From contig NC_069004.1 of the NCBI RefSeq assembly GCF_001194135.2, forward strand, positions 1,143,761 through 1,207,760: DNA of 64,000 nucleotides. Direction: 5' to 3'. The number at the start of each line of letters is the position of its first letter. The stretch's first letter is position 1. Shown piece after piece: positions 51,011-64,000 of the stretch. The position numbers were made by a program, and so were the translations under genes. The DNA is from Octopus bimaculoides (lineage: Eukaryota). Below the pieces are notes generated by a model. It saw only the letters and a list, made by a program, of their open reading frames with translations. It ran no database searches and had not been told where the DNA came from.

Positions 51011-52234
51011 AAGGAAATGGAGAAATAATGGACATTTTAACCATTTTTAACATGCGTATCACCAGGAATTCCAAGGGTACGGAATGAATATAATATCCAT
51101 GCAGAGACACACACACACGCACTGCAAAATTGTTAGATTTAAGTAAAACCCTTAATGACGATGGCCCAACATGGCTGGAACCTGATGACTGAAACAAACA
51201 AGCAAAGGAAATTTTTTAGGGGTGTCAAAAGGAGTTTGGTGGATGGGAGTCAGTAAGGAGATGTTGTCGTTTGACTGGCTTTTGGATGGGTGTGTGTGTG
51301 TGTGTGTGTGTGCGATCCGTTTGACTGTGGCATTGTTTTTGTTTGTTTGCTGTTCACCTGGATATCTTTCAAGAGGTTTTCTAGGGTTTCAGGGGGTTTG
51401 CTAGGGTTTCTGCTACCCTGGTGAAATGTTAACTTGATACGTCTGCAATTTCACTTCTTCAGTTCATCAAATTTGTGTCTGCAGCAATTTAAAGGGCAGC
51501 AAATTCTGGTGTCATCATCTCATCAATTGAAAACCACACACGGGGCCACACATACACACACATACAGGCAATATGCACATACACAGGGGGCACATGCACA
51601 CACACACTGCAATGCACATGCATACATACACAGCGACATTTAAAACACTGACATATACACACTCATATATAAACAAACTTATACACTCAAGTATATATGT
51701 AAACTTACACACAGATGCTAACATGCACACACACACAGATGTGCATTCACAAACATAGATGCATGCATGCACTTGTGGATGCCTTGCATGCACAGACACA
51801 TGCACACACGTACATGTATACATATACATAGGTACATGAACACACAAACACACACACACATACACACACAAACAATCTCTCCCGGGTAATGAATAAAGTC
51901 ACAGATGGCTATGTGCAGTCTTTCTTTTATGGGATCCAGTTACTGACCCCGCTGGGACACACATTTCTAGGGCTTAGTTAATTACACTAGAGGTACATTT
52001 GATAATGTAAACCTAGATGTGTTATGCCTGATTAAGAAATGAAATTGTCATGATCAGAACTGACAGGGGGCCAACAACAACAACAACTACAATTATTTAA
52101 GTCAAAGAAGAAGCTTCTTTACAGTCTCTTGGTTTGCTAGAAATAGCAGCTGAATCTCCCTCAAGCCACACTTTGCCATCATGAAAGAGGAAATGATGTT
52201 GCTACTTTAGATTAAGGAAACCATAGATATCTGT

Positions 52235-52740
52235 CACAAGACCCAGTTCTTGTTGTAGTACGGTGGCTTCTGTGTCTCAATGGGCCCCGAGAGCCAGGCT
52301 TGTGGAACACAAGCTCCTTGTCGAGCCTCCCATGCTGGACAGATCAAAGGATAGAGGCCAGGTTAATATGGACCAACTCTTCCCAGAGGTGAAAATGGGT
52401 TTGCAGAGGGCCAATACCCTTAATAACTCTACCTAGAAAAAAAAAAGGAATGTTAAGAAGCATTGGTGATAATTGAAAGCCAGCAAGATCCAGGAGAGGA
52501 AGGCCTTATGCTGTGCACTGTTTGTGCAGCTTTGGTCACTTTTTCTGATGAGTTGTAGTGCAGCACCTGAGCACTGCATACGGTAAGTGACACGGTGCAG
52601 CAAAAATCGAAAAGGAAGTGGAGTACAGAGGGAGAGATGAGAAAGCAGGGATCCAATCAGAGACAAGCAGAAAAGGCAGCCGGGAGTGCAGAGAGCAGTG
52701 GAGAAAAGACATCAATAGCCCAAGGCCCGTAGGAAGGGAA
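52235..52740 (+). mobile_element. RTE-derived element: 5'UTR-like block plus RTE 3' end
   Basis: ctcccatgctggacagatcaaaggatagaggccag...gggccaatacc (5'UTR-like); EMRKQGSNQRQAEKAA 3' end shared with 56640-56765. Confidence 0.45.
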
Positions 52741-54161
52741 GGGGTTGGGTAAGAAACCGAGCAGCCTTAGACATACAATGTCATACAGAGATAGGGAGAA
52801 AACAAAAGAGATGGTAACAGCTGGAAAGCTTTTGACTGACCACGTGTCTCCTTGATCAGGACTGATCTAGAGTTATACTACTGCTACTACTGCTACTGCT
52901 ACTACTACAGCATCAAACAAACAAGCTTCTGTGTGAACCCATTAAGATTATGTATTTTAGAAATGTAAGTTTGTTCTCTAAATTTAAATCTGTTTTTTGG
53001 TTGTCTTCATATATCAAAATATCTGCAACAGATGCTGATGTAGGCCAGGCTGTGTAGTCATGGCAACAGGAGGGGGTAAAAATGAGACGATTATGTAATT
53101 GTCAAGTGAGAGTGCCTCTCCCCCCCCTCGCCCAACCGGATCGACTCTTACAGATTAAAGCCAGGAAACAAGCAGCAGTACAAGTAAAGTGTGTGACATT
53201 TTGAGAGTTGAAATGTAAACGAAAAACCGGCAACCCAGCCACGTACAACGACTGATGTTCTGTGATGACTCACCACAAGGCTACCACCACCACCACCACC
53301 ACCACCACCACCACCAACACTAATGCCGCTACTAAGACTACAGCCAACACCATCACCAAACACCACTGCAATCAACACTACCATGAATCTACCACCACCA
53401 CCACCACCATGACAAGCACTACCCAATACTACCACTACTACCACTACAACCAACACCACTGTTAACATGATCACCACTACTAGCAATGCATCCAATACCA
53501 CAAACACTACCACCAATACCACAATCAACACTAACATCAGTGGCACAACCATTGACATACCACCACCACCACCACCACCAGCATAGAAGCAACATCGTCC
53601 ATTTCTAGTCTTCTGCAAAAAATATGTCTGGCCATGGGGAAATATTCCCTTGACCATTATCCCAGAGACACTACAACAAAATGGCCCATAATTTACTGCT
53701 CAGATACAATGAGTGTGGCCTATAAATTTATGCTTTGGTGCAATAAAAGACTTTTCTATAAATTACCTGAATCACAAATGGCCTATAAATCATTATTCAG
53801 ATACCATCAAAAGACTTCCCTGGTGGCACGTAAAAGCACCCACTACACTCTCGGAGTGGTTGGCATTAGGAAGGGCATCCTGCTGTAGAAACTATGTGAT
53901 GAATGCCCCTTGGCTCTTCTGTACCACCGTCGGCCTGAACAGTCACCTCAAGCACCAGTGTCCTTCACACCCATCAGGAGGAAGAGGCTTAGTCACTCTC
54001 CACAGATTAACTAACCCTAACCCTAACCCCTGAATGAATTCCCAGCAATTTATCATTTTGCATTCTTAAAGAAATTTCAAGAATGATTACTATGGAAATA
54101 CAAATCCAATATATCATTGATTTTTTATATATATATATATATATTTCTTTTCAATTCCAGC

Positions 54162-54204
<43 letters not shown>

Positions 54205-56639
54205 CCATATTCAGACAGAGAAAATGTGTCAGCAGTCTTGGAATCGAGACAGTTTTCCTAGAAACCAACTTACAGACACACAGCACCAATATCATTTCTG
54301 TCAACAGACTGTTCTTTCTTTCTTTCTCTCTCTCTCTCTCTCTCTCTCGTTGTTATCGTCTGAACATAACTGTGGTATTATTGTTACTGGTGGAGGCTTC
54401 ATTGATTTCAACAATAAGCATTCAGTCACTTGATAAACTCAATTTCTACTTATGAAATTAACAGATGGTTGAGTATTCCACAGACATTTATAATACAGAA
54501 TAGTCTTGAACTCCACCTGTACAATCCACCTTATTACCTTTCCTCCTCTCTGGCCCCCCCCTTTTCTCACTAACCCCTGACACGAATCCATTCCATTCTC
54601 TTTCACCTGTCCCCTTCCACACTCCCTCCCTCAATAGACCTGCATTTAGAATCATCATCATCATCATCATTTTACTGTTCGCTTTTCCTTGCTTGCATCA
54701 GTCAGACGGAATATGCCAAGACAGATTTTCAATGGCTGGATGCCTTTCCTTTGGCTAACCCTCATCCGTTTCGAAGAATGGTTGTATTTTCCCCATGGCC
54801 AGACATGTTTCCGCAGAGGACTGGAAACAAACACAAACAACAACACTTGTATAAAGCCACTCACTCACAACTATTGCACGATGCCAAAACAAGGACACGC
54901 ACACACAATGAGTGTCTTTCCAATCACCAAATCCACTTATAAAGCTTCAGGCAGTCCAGGACTACATTAGACGGCACTGGTCCAAGGGCTATATAACAAA
55001 ACATTTGTCCAAGCTGTGGGGCTGATCCAGAAACTATGTGGCTGGGAAGTAAACATCTTGACCACACTGGAGAAGCTATTTGTCTCCTCTTCAGCATGAT
55101 GTCCGTTTCTGTCGCTCTATCATACTTTCAATGCCTCCAGTACCATTTGTCCACTCAGTCAAAGAGAATTGTCTTGTGATGGATCTCCTGAACGTTCACA
55201 GTCATAAAAAAAAAAATCACAGATGAAAGAGAGAAGGATTTTCATAGCCCTTTGGAGCAATTCTTCCTAAGTTGGTAGCTATCTGGAGAGTTCATACTTA
55301 AACCTCACAAATAAGAGGGAGGAGAATACAAGTAAACCTTTACAGCTGTTTCTAGGGTGTGGTGTGTTCAGTAAGAGCAGTATTGTGCATTGTGTATACA
55401 TACACATGAAGTAAATTGATGCCAGTGAATGTATATGAAATAGCACAAAATTAAATTATATTAAAACTCCCTCCATCATAAGAATATTTCTCTCCAGATG
55501 TCTACCAACTTATGAAGAATTACTATGAAGTAGTAGCCAGATCCTCCTCGTTTTTATCTATGATATTAGAGGATGAACTTTCAGGATATCAACCTGTCTC
55601 TGAAGCACTTCAATGAACTCTTTTGCTTTTCTCATTTCCTGCTTAATTATATTTATACTCACTTCTGTATAACTATTTTATAAATGTTATGATGCCTTTC
55701 ACAACTGCCTGACCATCTTTTATTACATATGTATACATACACATATATACATACATGTGTGTGTGTATACATGTATGTTTATACATACATATATATTTCT
55801 ACATACACGTATGAACATATGTATATACATATATATATGTTTACATGTATGCACATATGTATATGTATACAGGTATATACATATATGCATGTACATATGT
55901 ATATACTTGTATGTATATATGTATATGTATATATATAAACACATGTACCAATATGTGTGTGTGTGTATATATATCTATATATATATATATACACCCACAC
56001 ACGCACACACCTTTATGTTTACATAGCTGAGATAGATTAGTTAAAACACCAAACTAATCTCTCTCTACACAGACTTATCTACTTCTCTACAACTCGTATT
56101 TCCCATCAACCACCCTTCCCCCCATGTTCACCTTTCACCATATCCACCTCTACCAGCATCTCTCTCCACCCCTCTTGCAACCTCTGCCCCCATCCCTATC
56201 TTCTATCCACCTTGTCAACACCTCCTTTATTCCTCTTTCCAGCTCCACCCTGATTCCCCACCTAATATGACCTTCTCTTTTTTAAGATTGTAGATTTGGA
56301 TACTATTTCTAGCAGGCCAAATGACCACATATGGGTTTCTTTGATGTTTGCTTTGTATTTGCTGAGTGAATTGATGATTTTTTTGAAGATATAATTCTTT
56401 GGTTTTTAGATAAAAAAAAGCCAACAGCTCATTCCATGGCAAAGCTCCAGTAGGGGCTTTACTTTGAAAGTATCTTTATGTCCTAAATGTGTGCACGGCT
56501 GTGTAGTTAAGAAGTCTGCTTCCAAACCTTGTGGTCTCTGGTTCAATCCCACTGCATGGCATTTTGGGCAAGTGTCTTTTACTTTAGCTCCAGGAAACAT
56601 GAACTCACAAGAGAGGCTGAACAACAGACACTCCAAAAA

Positions 56640-56765
56640 TAGCTTGAGGCAGAGCTGAAAAAGCAGGGATCCAACTGCAGGGAAGCAGAAACGACAGCTC
56701 AGAGTGAAAAAGAGTGGCGAAAAAGTCATCAATAGCCTATGTACCACAGAGAGTAGAGGGCTTCA
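56640..56765 (+). mobile_element. RTE LINE extreme 3' end
   Basis: LEAELKKQGSNCREAETTAQSEKEWRKSHQ, resembling the RTE terminal W...E..AQ.R..WR..V motif. Confidence 0.55.
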
Positions 56766-57899
56766 TTAAATAAGTAGTTCCTGCCTGCAGTTAGAATGAT
56801 TGCCCTCACAACACTTGACATTCATATCAAGTCACTTCTTGTTTCTATTGAAGGCATCCTTGAAACGACGATGAGGTTAACCTTACGTTCTTGTGCTGGA
56901 GGCCAGCATCTTACACAGCGTCTCTTTTGAGATTTTTCCCATCTGACATATATATGATTCAGTTTTCTTTCATGAGAAAACCATTCTCTGTTGCCAGGCC
57001 TCTGTCTTTTGTCACATGGTGGGTGGAGTGGAATTACATAACCACAAAATTACTTTACAGTGAGGAGGCCAGAAATATTTTCTTATATAAAATTAATTTA
57101 TGTTGTTGTTTAGCCATTACCTCCCTCACCAACCAAGCAATTCTTATTTCAGCAGACCTATGATCAATGGCATTCCTGCCATGACCATCCCATCTTTCAT
57201 GCATATCAGAAATTACATTGTCCAATGCATCTTATTAAGAACATCAGGTGCAAACTGAGAGAGTTTTGGGTGCTATTTCTAGCAAATTCAGCTACCATGC
57301 AGAAGTTCCCAGTTGGCTTGGCTTGTGTGACTGCAAAGAGATTTCTCCATTTGTATGTTAATTAATTAATTAGTTTATTTACATGCTATACAATGTTTTA
57401 CTTAATGGTTGTATGCATGTGCACGTGCATACACATGTGCATACACAAGTGTGTATACATGTGAGTTATCTATATGGGATAAAAAAGCTATGATAAGCTT
57501 TTTAGAGAAATCCTGAATTACTAAAGTATAAAGTTTCCTTTCTCAACTTTTTCCTAATGTGATTTTAAAAAGATTAGTTAAATCTCCAGCATCATGTTGG
57601 GAAGAATGTAGCATTAAGTATGAAACTCAATTTATGCTTAAAAGCCTTGAGTGGCTTGGGGGCTATTTTGAAGTTAATGTTTTACTGGTAATTATCAATT
57701 TAAAAAAAAAAGATTTTAAAAATTGTCAAAAACTAATTAAAATGCAAAGCTCAAAAATAAAAAAAATTTGAAACCTCACACATGTCTGTCATATATTAGA
57801 TACACTTGCCATTCACACCCCACCGTTCATGTGTTGTTTTGTTGGCCTTGTCTGTGCCTCATCTGTTGGTCTCTGTTTGCAATGAGGCAATAATCAAAG

Positions 57900-57995
57900 G
57901 AAGCTGTGTGGACCGGAGCAAGGACACAACATGCTGCTGGGAATTGAACTCCTAACCTCATGATTGTGAGCCAAGCATTCTAACCACTAAACCAG
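57900..57995 (-). mobile_element. tRNA-derived SINE family E head
   Basis: caaggacacaacatgctgctgggaattgaactc...ttctaaccactaaacca; related pieces at 38480-38580, 62429-62512 and 63464-63546. Confidence 0.6.
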
Positions 57996-58885
57996 ATACC
58001 TTCACAATAGCATGTAAAATACTGGGTTAAAAAAACCCATGGATGGAGAAAAATGAAACGTTGCCCATGGGATTGAAACCTACAGCTTGATGATGGCAGT
58101 GATGGTGATGATGACAATGATGTTGGTAGTAGTAGTAGTAGTATGGTGATGGTGACTGTCATGACACTGGTGGTGGTGGTGGTGGTGGCTGATCTGAAAC
58201 CGTCTCCATTTATCTCTCTTCTCATCCCACATGTTGATGTCCGTCTTCCCAGGTTCTGCACCTACCATTACCCCCAAATCCTTCCCACTGAGACAGTCAG
58301 GAAATCCTTTTGGAAAATTCCTCTCAGCACATGAACCATAGCAATTCCACCAGACTCAGAAACCCTGCAAAGGACCAAGGGCACAGCCTCTTACTCTAGA
58401 TACATCCAATAAAGCATAAGTCACTGTGATGTACAGATGGTGGTGGTAGTGGTGAGATGGTGGTGGTGGCAGTGGTGGTGGTATGTGTACAGATAGTGGT
58501 TGTCATGTGACTGACTTGTGGTTAGTAGTAAAGATAATTAGATGAAGGCTGTGATTTGTTGGTTGGTTGGTTTCTTCGTCAGTTGGTGTACTAGATTCTG
58601 AAAGTCCTTCCAAAAATACACCTTGGAGGCCCCATTGACACACTATAATAATAAAGTCTGCCTTATCAGAGATTTTACTATCAGTGTACGTGAGAAGATA
58701 GCTTCCTTGGGCAGATTGATAGAAAACAGATAGCCAAGAATCCACCACACTATCTGCCTGGTCAAAAAACAATCGTTAAGTGGGTCGTAATATATTTAAT
58801 ATTTGTGGTAAGACAGATAGGGATATTAGTGTTAACATATTTAATATAGGGAACATTAAACTAGAAATATATATATATATATATA

Positions 58886-59040
58886 TAGGTGCAGGAGTGG
58901 CTGTGTGGTAAGTAGCTTGCTAACCAACCACGTGGTTCCGGGTTCTGGGATCGTGGCCTGTTGTGCTTTATGTGTTAAACAAGAAATGTCTATGTGGGTG
59001 AAACAGACAAATAGGCTGACAAATGGATTTGGTAGGTAAG
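58886..59040 (+). mobile_element. SINE family A head, very close to consensus, directly after (TA)n
   Basis: taggtgcaggagtggctgtgtggtaagtagcttgctaaccaaccacgtggttccgggttc. Confidence 0.85.
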
Positions 59041-59538
59041 TTAATGATAACAGATTTAATAAAGAGAATCTTACACAAACCAGACAGAAATCTGTGAGAG
59101 AGGGTAAAACAATATCAGACTGTAGGAAATTATGAATTCTGAGCCAAAGAAACAAATTCTAATTAACCCTTCTAATATCATGTGTAAAGGACGAAAGGGT
59201 GAGATTCGAAGAAGATTTGACTACTATTTCTAGCAGGTAGAACGACCACATAGAGGCTCCCTCACTGCCACCAGCGTCCACCATTAGAGAAAACCTGTCA
59301 GTTTGTAAAGGCCAGGTATCTGAGCAGTTAGTAAAAGCTGTCCAGGTTATTACAATGGTTGTTCTTGCGTGAGCTCAGCCCTGACTTTACTATGAGCTGG
59401 TTGCCTGCAGTTTGGTATTGAAGTGTCTGGGTTGTTAGTAAAAAAGTTGTATGTGAATTGAATTGATTTTCATAATCTGTCTGTTATCGCTAGTGCTGTT
59501 ACATCTTGATAAACAATTCCATGGTTGGTATGCCCGAT

Positions 59539-59627
59539 GTTGCTATGTCTCAAAACTTCATAGCAACAAGTCTACTGTACATGGCTGTAATGATTGCTGT
59601 GGTAACAAACACTGCTACCATGGCAAC
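59539..59627. promoter_or_regulatory. Cluster of RFX half-sites plus a near X-box GCTACCATGGCAAC (59614-59627)
   Basis: GTTGCTATG 59539-59547, CATAGCAAC 59559-59567, GGTAAC 59601-59606. Confidence 0.35.
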
Positions 59628-60022
59628 TGTCAGAATGTCAGAAACACCTCGACTACCTGGTAGTGTTGATGTATTGACTCGGACACAATGACCTGGTGCT
59701 GCATTATTGAGCGGTGTCAACAGGTTCCGTCACACCCACGGCTTGGACTGCAATCCTGACAACCACAGCCAATAATTCTAGTTAGGAAGCTCCCCTACAA
59801 TATCTCTTCTTAACAGTGAAGTTCATTGGCCCCTTTTCATACGAACCCACCTTAAACTACCTTTGGTCCTATGATATAAACTTCTAGTTTAAGCCTTTAG
59901 CTGTAGAAACTTTGCCAGATCAGATTGGAGCCTGGTGCAGCCTTCTGGGTTGCCAGTCCTCAGTCAACCCATCCAACCCATGCCAGCATGGAAAACGGAC
60001 ATTAAACGACAATGATGATAAT

Positions 60023-60074
<52 letters not shown>

Positions 60075-60488
60075 CACATACATACACATGCTAACATGTA
60101 TACAGACATATAAATATATACACACAAAAACATGCACACATAGACACACACACAACAGACTTCTTCCAGTTGCCATCAACCAAATCCACTTGAAAACTTT
60201 GATCTCTAGGAGAAAACACTTATCTAAGGTGCCACCCAGTGGGACTGAACCCAAACCCATGTGGTTGGGAAGCCAACTTCTCAACCAAAACAGCCATGCC
60301 TACGCTTTTAATATAAATGAGAGAACAAAAGGGTGAAGAATAGATCAGGCATTGGTGAGTCAAGTGATTCATTAGAAAAGTGATGTCATAGGTGTTGGTG
60401 CCAGTTTATCTGGAGAAGAATGAACCAGATAACAAACTTGTTGATTGATTCAAAAACTGATGACACACACCATTGCAGCTTCTTTGCT

Positions 60489-60502
60489 GTTACCATAGAA
60501 AC
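60489..60502. promoter_or_regulatory. RFX X-box match GTTACCATAGAAAC
   Basis: Strict match to GTTNCYATRGNAAC in unique sequence. Confidence 0.45.
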
Positions 60503-61425
60503 TGCTATTGCTGTTAACGAATCAGGTACACCAGAGATTGATTCAAACAGTGACAATGTACAGTGGTTTTATCAGCGCCTTACACTCTGATGGCAGACTT
60601 GGCTGGTCATGAAATTAATAGATGTATGTTTGCATTACTGTCACACCAAGGTGTCCCGAATATGCCTTCAACCCTTTAGCATTTAAACTGGCCATATCCA
60701 GCCTAAATGCTCTACACGTTTTATGTTCAAACTGGCCAAAGCTGACCTCTCACACCTACCCTACAATGTCATGTTGAAAATAATCACATAATCAAAATCT
60801 CAAAGCTGGGAGGAGGGGGTCAGAAGAGTGGGATCTGTCAGGTGGTCTGGTGCCTTCTTTGACACCTTTCTGGTAACTCCAGGGCAGGGTGGAGTTCTCC
60901 AGCCCTGTAGGGGGCAATTCACCTAGTAGAAAGCCCCTCCAGTGTAAAACCTGCAGCTTGCTGGTCACCACAACCACCTTGACCCACTGAACCACTGTGG
61001 TCAGATCTCCAAATCTAAAGATTGGATTGCATCAACTGACTCTTGCTTTAAAGCTATGAAGCGCCAGCAGGATGAAGAAGCCCTGCAATGCCAGTCGAGG
61101 GGATGCTCGTCATCTTGATGAACTTTGGAAACAAAGAAATTGATATCAGCATCACAGCCACACAGTGAATATAACAAAAGATGGTCCCAAAAAGCTATTG
61201 ACTTAAATTGCATTTATTTATTTTTTTTCCATCAAATACAGACACTGTTTTAGTCTTATATGTGTGTGTGTGTGTTCGTGACTGTGTTTGTCCCCCTCCA
61301 CTATATGACACACCGGTGTTGGTGTGTTTATGTCCCTGTACCTGAGCAGTTCAGCAAAAAGAGAGTCAAAACCCTTCACGGCAGAGCCCCAGTATGGCCA
61401 CAGTCAAATGACTGAAACAAGTAAA

Positions 61426-61470
<45 letters not shown>

Positions 61471-62353
61471 ATGGATGGATAACTAGATAAATAAATATAG
61501 ACAGATATATATAATTAGATGGCTATAAATAGACGAAGATAGATAGATATAGATAGGCTGTTATAGGTAGATAGATTATCTAGAACAGTCGTACGATGAT
61601 AGTAAGTATAATACAGCCTCAGAACTCTAATAGAGAACTGCTGGTGTGAAGCAGAGGATGTTGTTTGATAGACTCCCACTCTCTACCACTTAACCTAGAT
61701 TAACTTTGGAAGATATAAGACACACACATACTGCCATGTACATTGGTGCAAGCGCGGGAGTAAATATCTTTGATTAGATTCCATAAACACAGAAGTTCTG
61801 TGTAATAGTTATAAAACTGCCAGTGGAGAAGAATACAGAAAACAAGAACAAAGTTCATGTTAGTAAAAATGTCATTCACTTTGAGATTTATTACAATACA
61901 ACGCTTATCTTCATGTGATATTGTTTGTATTCATTATAAATAAGTTATATACAGAGTCATGCATGCATTTAATAAGTCAAGACTTCATTATAATAATCTT
62001 AACTTTTATGGTCAGAGGCTGGCAGCATTGAACATCATAGTTAACTTCTCTTAACTGTTACAGTTTGGTCTTAAGTTATAAATCTCCCAGATTCCACAAA
62101 ACAATTTCATGGCTTTCCTCTCTAATTAGGAGCCAAGCCTACAGTGTTTCGATTAATGCTTAATATGATTGAGACTGTACAGAACTTTAATATACAGTCT
62201 GTAACTTAATGCATTGGGATATACAGGGTGGGCCAAAATTTACACACAAAAATAAGTTCAATATATGCTCCAGAATTGTCAAAAACAAGATTCAATTTTT
62301 CTGAAAATAAATAATGATGAATACACATGAACAAAAACAAAAACAAAAACAAC

Positions 62354-62428
<75 letters not shown>
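62354..62428. repeat. (AAT)17(ATT)8 containing a perfect 48-bp palindrome (62381-62428)
   Basis: AAT run switches directly to ATT at 62404/62405; repeated at 63401-63463. Confidence 0.9.
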
Positions 62429-63400
62429 CAATTCTCAGACTGAGCGTTGTGTTCTTGAGCAAAACACTCCATTTCATGTTGCTGCAGTCAACTCAGTTGC
62501 ATATTTGTCCTGNNNNNNNNNNNNNNNNNNNNNNNNNNNNNNNNNNNNNNNNNNNNNNNNNNNNNNNNNNNNNNNNNNNNNNNNNNNNNNNNNNNNNNNN
62601 NNNNNNNNNNNNNNNNNNNNNNNNNNNNNNNNNNNNNNNNNNNNNNNNNNNNNNNNNNNNNNNNNNNNNNNNNNNNNNNNNNNNNNNNNNNNNNNNNNNN
62701 NNNNNNNNNNNNNNNNNNNNNNNNNNNNNNNNNNNNNNNNNNNNNNNNNNNNNNNNNNNNNNNNNNNNNNNNNNNNNNNNNNNNNNNNNNNNNNNNNNNN
62801 NNNNNNNNNNNNNNNNNNNNNNNNNNNNNNNNNNNNNNNNNNNNNNNNNNNNNNNNNNNNNNNNNNNNNNNNNNNNNNNNNNNNNNNNNNNNNNNNNNNN
62901 NNNNNNNNNNNNNNNNNNNNNNNNNNNNNNNNNNNNNNNNNNNNNNNNNNNNNNNNNNNNNNNNNNNNNNNNNNNNNNNNNNNNNNNNNNNNNNNNNNNN
63001 NNNNNNNNNNNNNNNNNNNNNNNNNNNNNNNNNNNNNNNNNNNNNNNNNNNNNNNNNNNNNNNNNNNNNNNNNNNNNNNNNNNNNNNNNNNNNNNNNNNN
63101 NNNNNNNNNNNNNNNNNNNNNNNNNNNNNNNNNNNNNNNNNNNNNNNNNNNNNNNNNNNNNNNNNNNNNNNNNNNNNNNNNNNNNNNNNNNNNNNNNNNN
63201 NNNNNNNNNNNNNNNNNNNNNNNNNNNNNNNNNNNNNNNNNNNNNNNNNNNNNNNNNNNNNNNNNNNNNNNNNNNNNNNNNNNNNNNNNNNNNNNNNNNN
63301 NNNNNNNNNNNNNNNNNNNNNNNNNNNNNNNNNNNNNNNNNNNNNNNNNNNNNNNNNNNNNNNNNNNNNNNNNNNNNNNNNNNNNNNNNNNNNNNNNNNN

Positions 63401-63463
<63 letters not shown>

Positions 63464-64000
63464 CAATTCTCAGACTGAGCGTTGTGTTCTTGAGCAAAAC
63501 ACTCCATTTCATGTTGCTGCAGCCAACTCAGTTGCATATTTGTCCTGGGTAGAGGGAACTTGGTTTGGAGGTTGCAGGGTGTTTAGGAGTGTAGAACCAC
63601 TTTTTCACCACAACTGTTCCCAGGCCTACTCAGACTTTGAGCAGTGGCACCCGTCAGGATCCCAGTTAAGGGTTAAAACAGGATGTAACCACCCGAGTCA
63701 GGGTATGTTGAAACCCTAGGATGCAGCAGGTGAACTATTTTGGCAAATGAATTTATTGGAACCAATGTTAAATACCACTGGATGCTGAGTGGACGAACAG
63801 ACAACAAAGTGTCAATAGCCAGGACCAAACAGTTCAGTTAGGGAATTTCTACAATCGTCTGCAGCGATGACCTGTGCAGATTATTTCAGGGAGCAAAAGA
63901 CCCATCTGACTAAAACCCAAACCACACACACACACATACACACATAAATAAAGGGTTTTCAACTCTCCTTTTTGTATTGTTAGAAGCTTTCCTCATTTCC

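Noticed and set aside
59463-59691. Cys-rich and hydrophobic short ORFs on both strands
   Set aside because: No good splice sites or start context; composition is explained by the RFX-like motif cluster

Overview
AT-rich, repeat-dense animal genomic DNA from a gapped draft assembly (8 N-gaps). The tRNA-derived SINE families, RTE/CR1 LINE debris and very high microsatellite load point to a coleoid cephalopod, probably Octopus (inference). I see no rRNA, tRNA gene, CRISPR array or intact transposon ORF; almost every entry in the ORF track is a microsatellite or N-gap artefact. The informative part is a CpG-richer zone at ~25-32 kb that appears to hold the 5' ends of two oppositely oriented spliced genes. 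The minus-strand gene has a first coding exon at 27154-26837 (106 aa, phase-0 GTGAGC donor). The plus-strand gene has a coding exon at 29479-29850 (ATG 29551, GTAAGC donor) and a possible upstream TATA+Inr first exon at ~25100-25252 lying antisense inside the minus gene's intron. I could not name either protein. Best leads: a recursive-splice (AG|GTAAGT) site with a 93-nt stop-containing RS-exon at 3684-3777; a 27-nt minus-strand microexon whose donor sits in a hairpin that also contains a plus-strand donor (30165-30198); three strict RFX X-box matches; several tight inverted SINE pairs (potential ADAR substrates); and a perfect 10-mer array flanked by a 6-bp direct repeat. All gene models are hand predictions and need RNA-seq confirmation.
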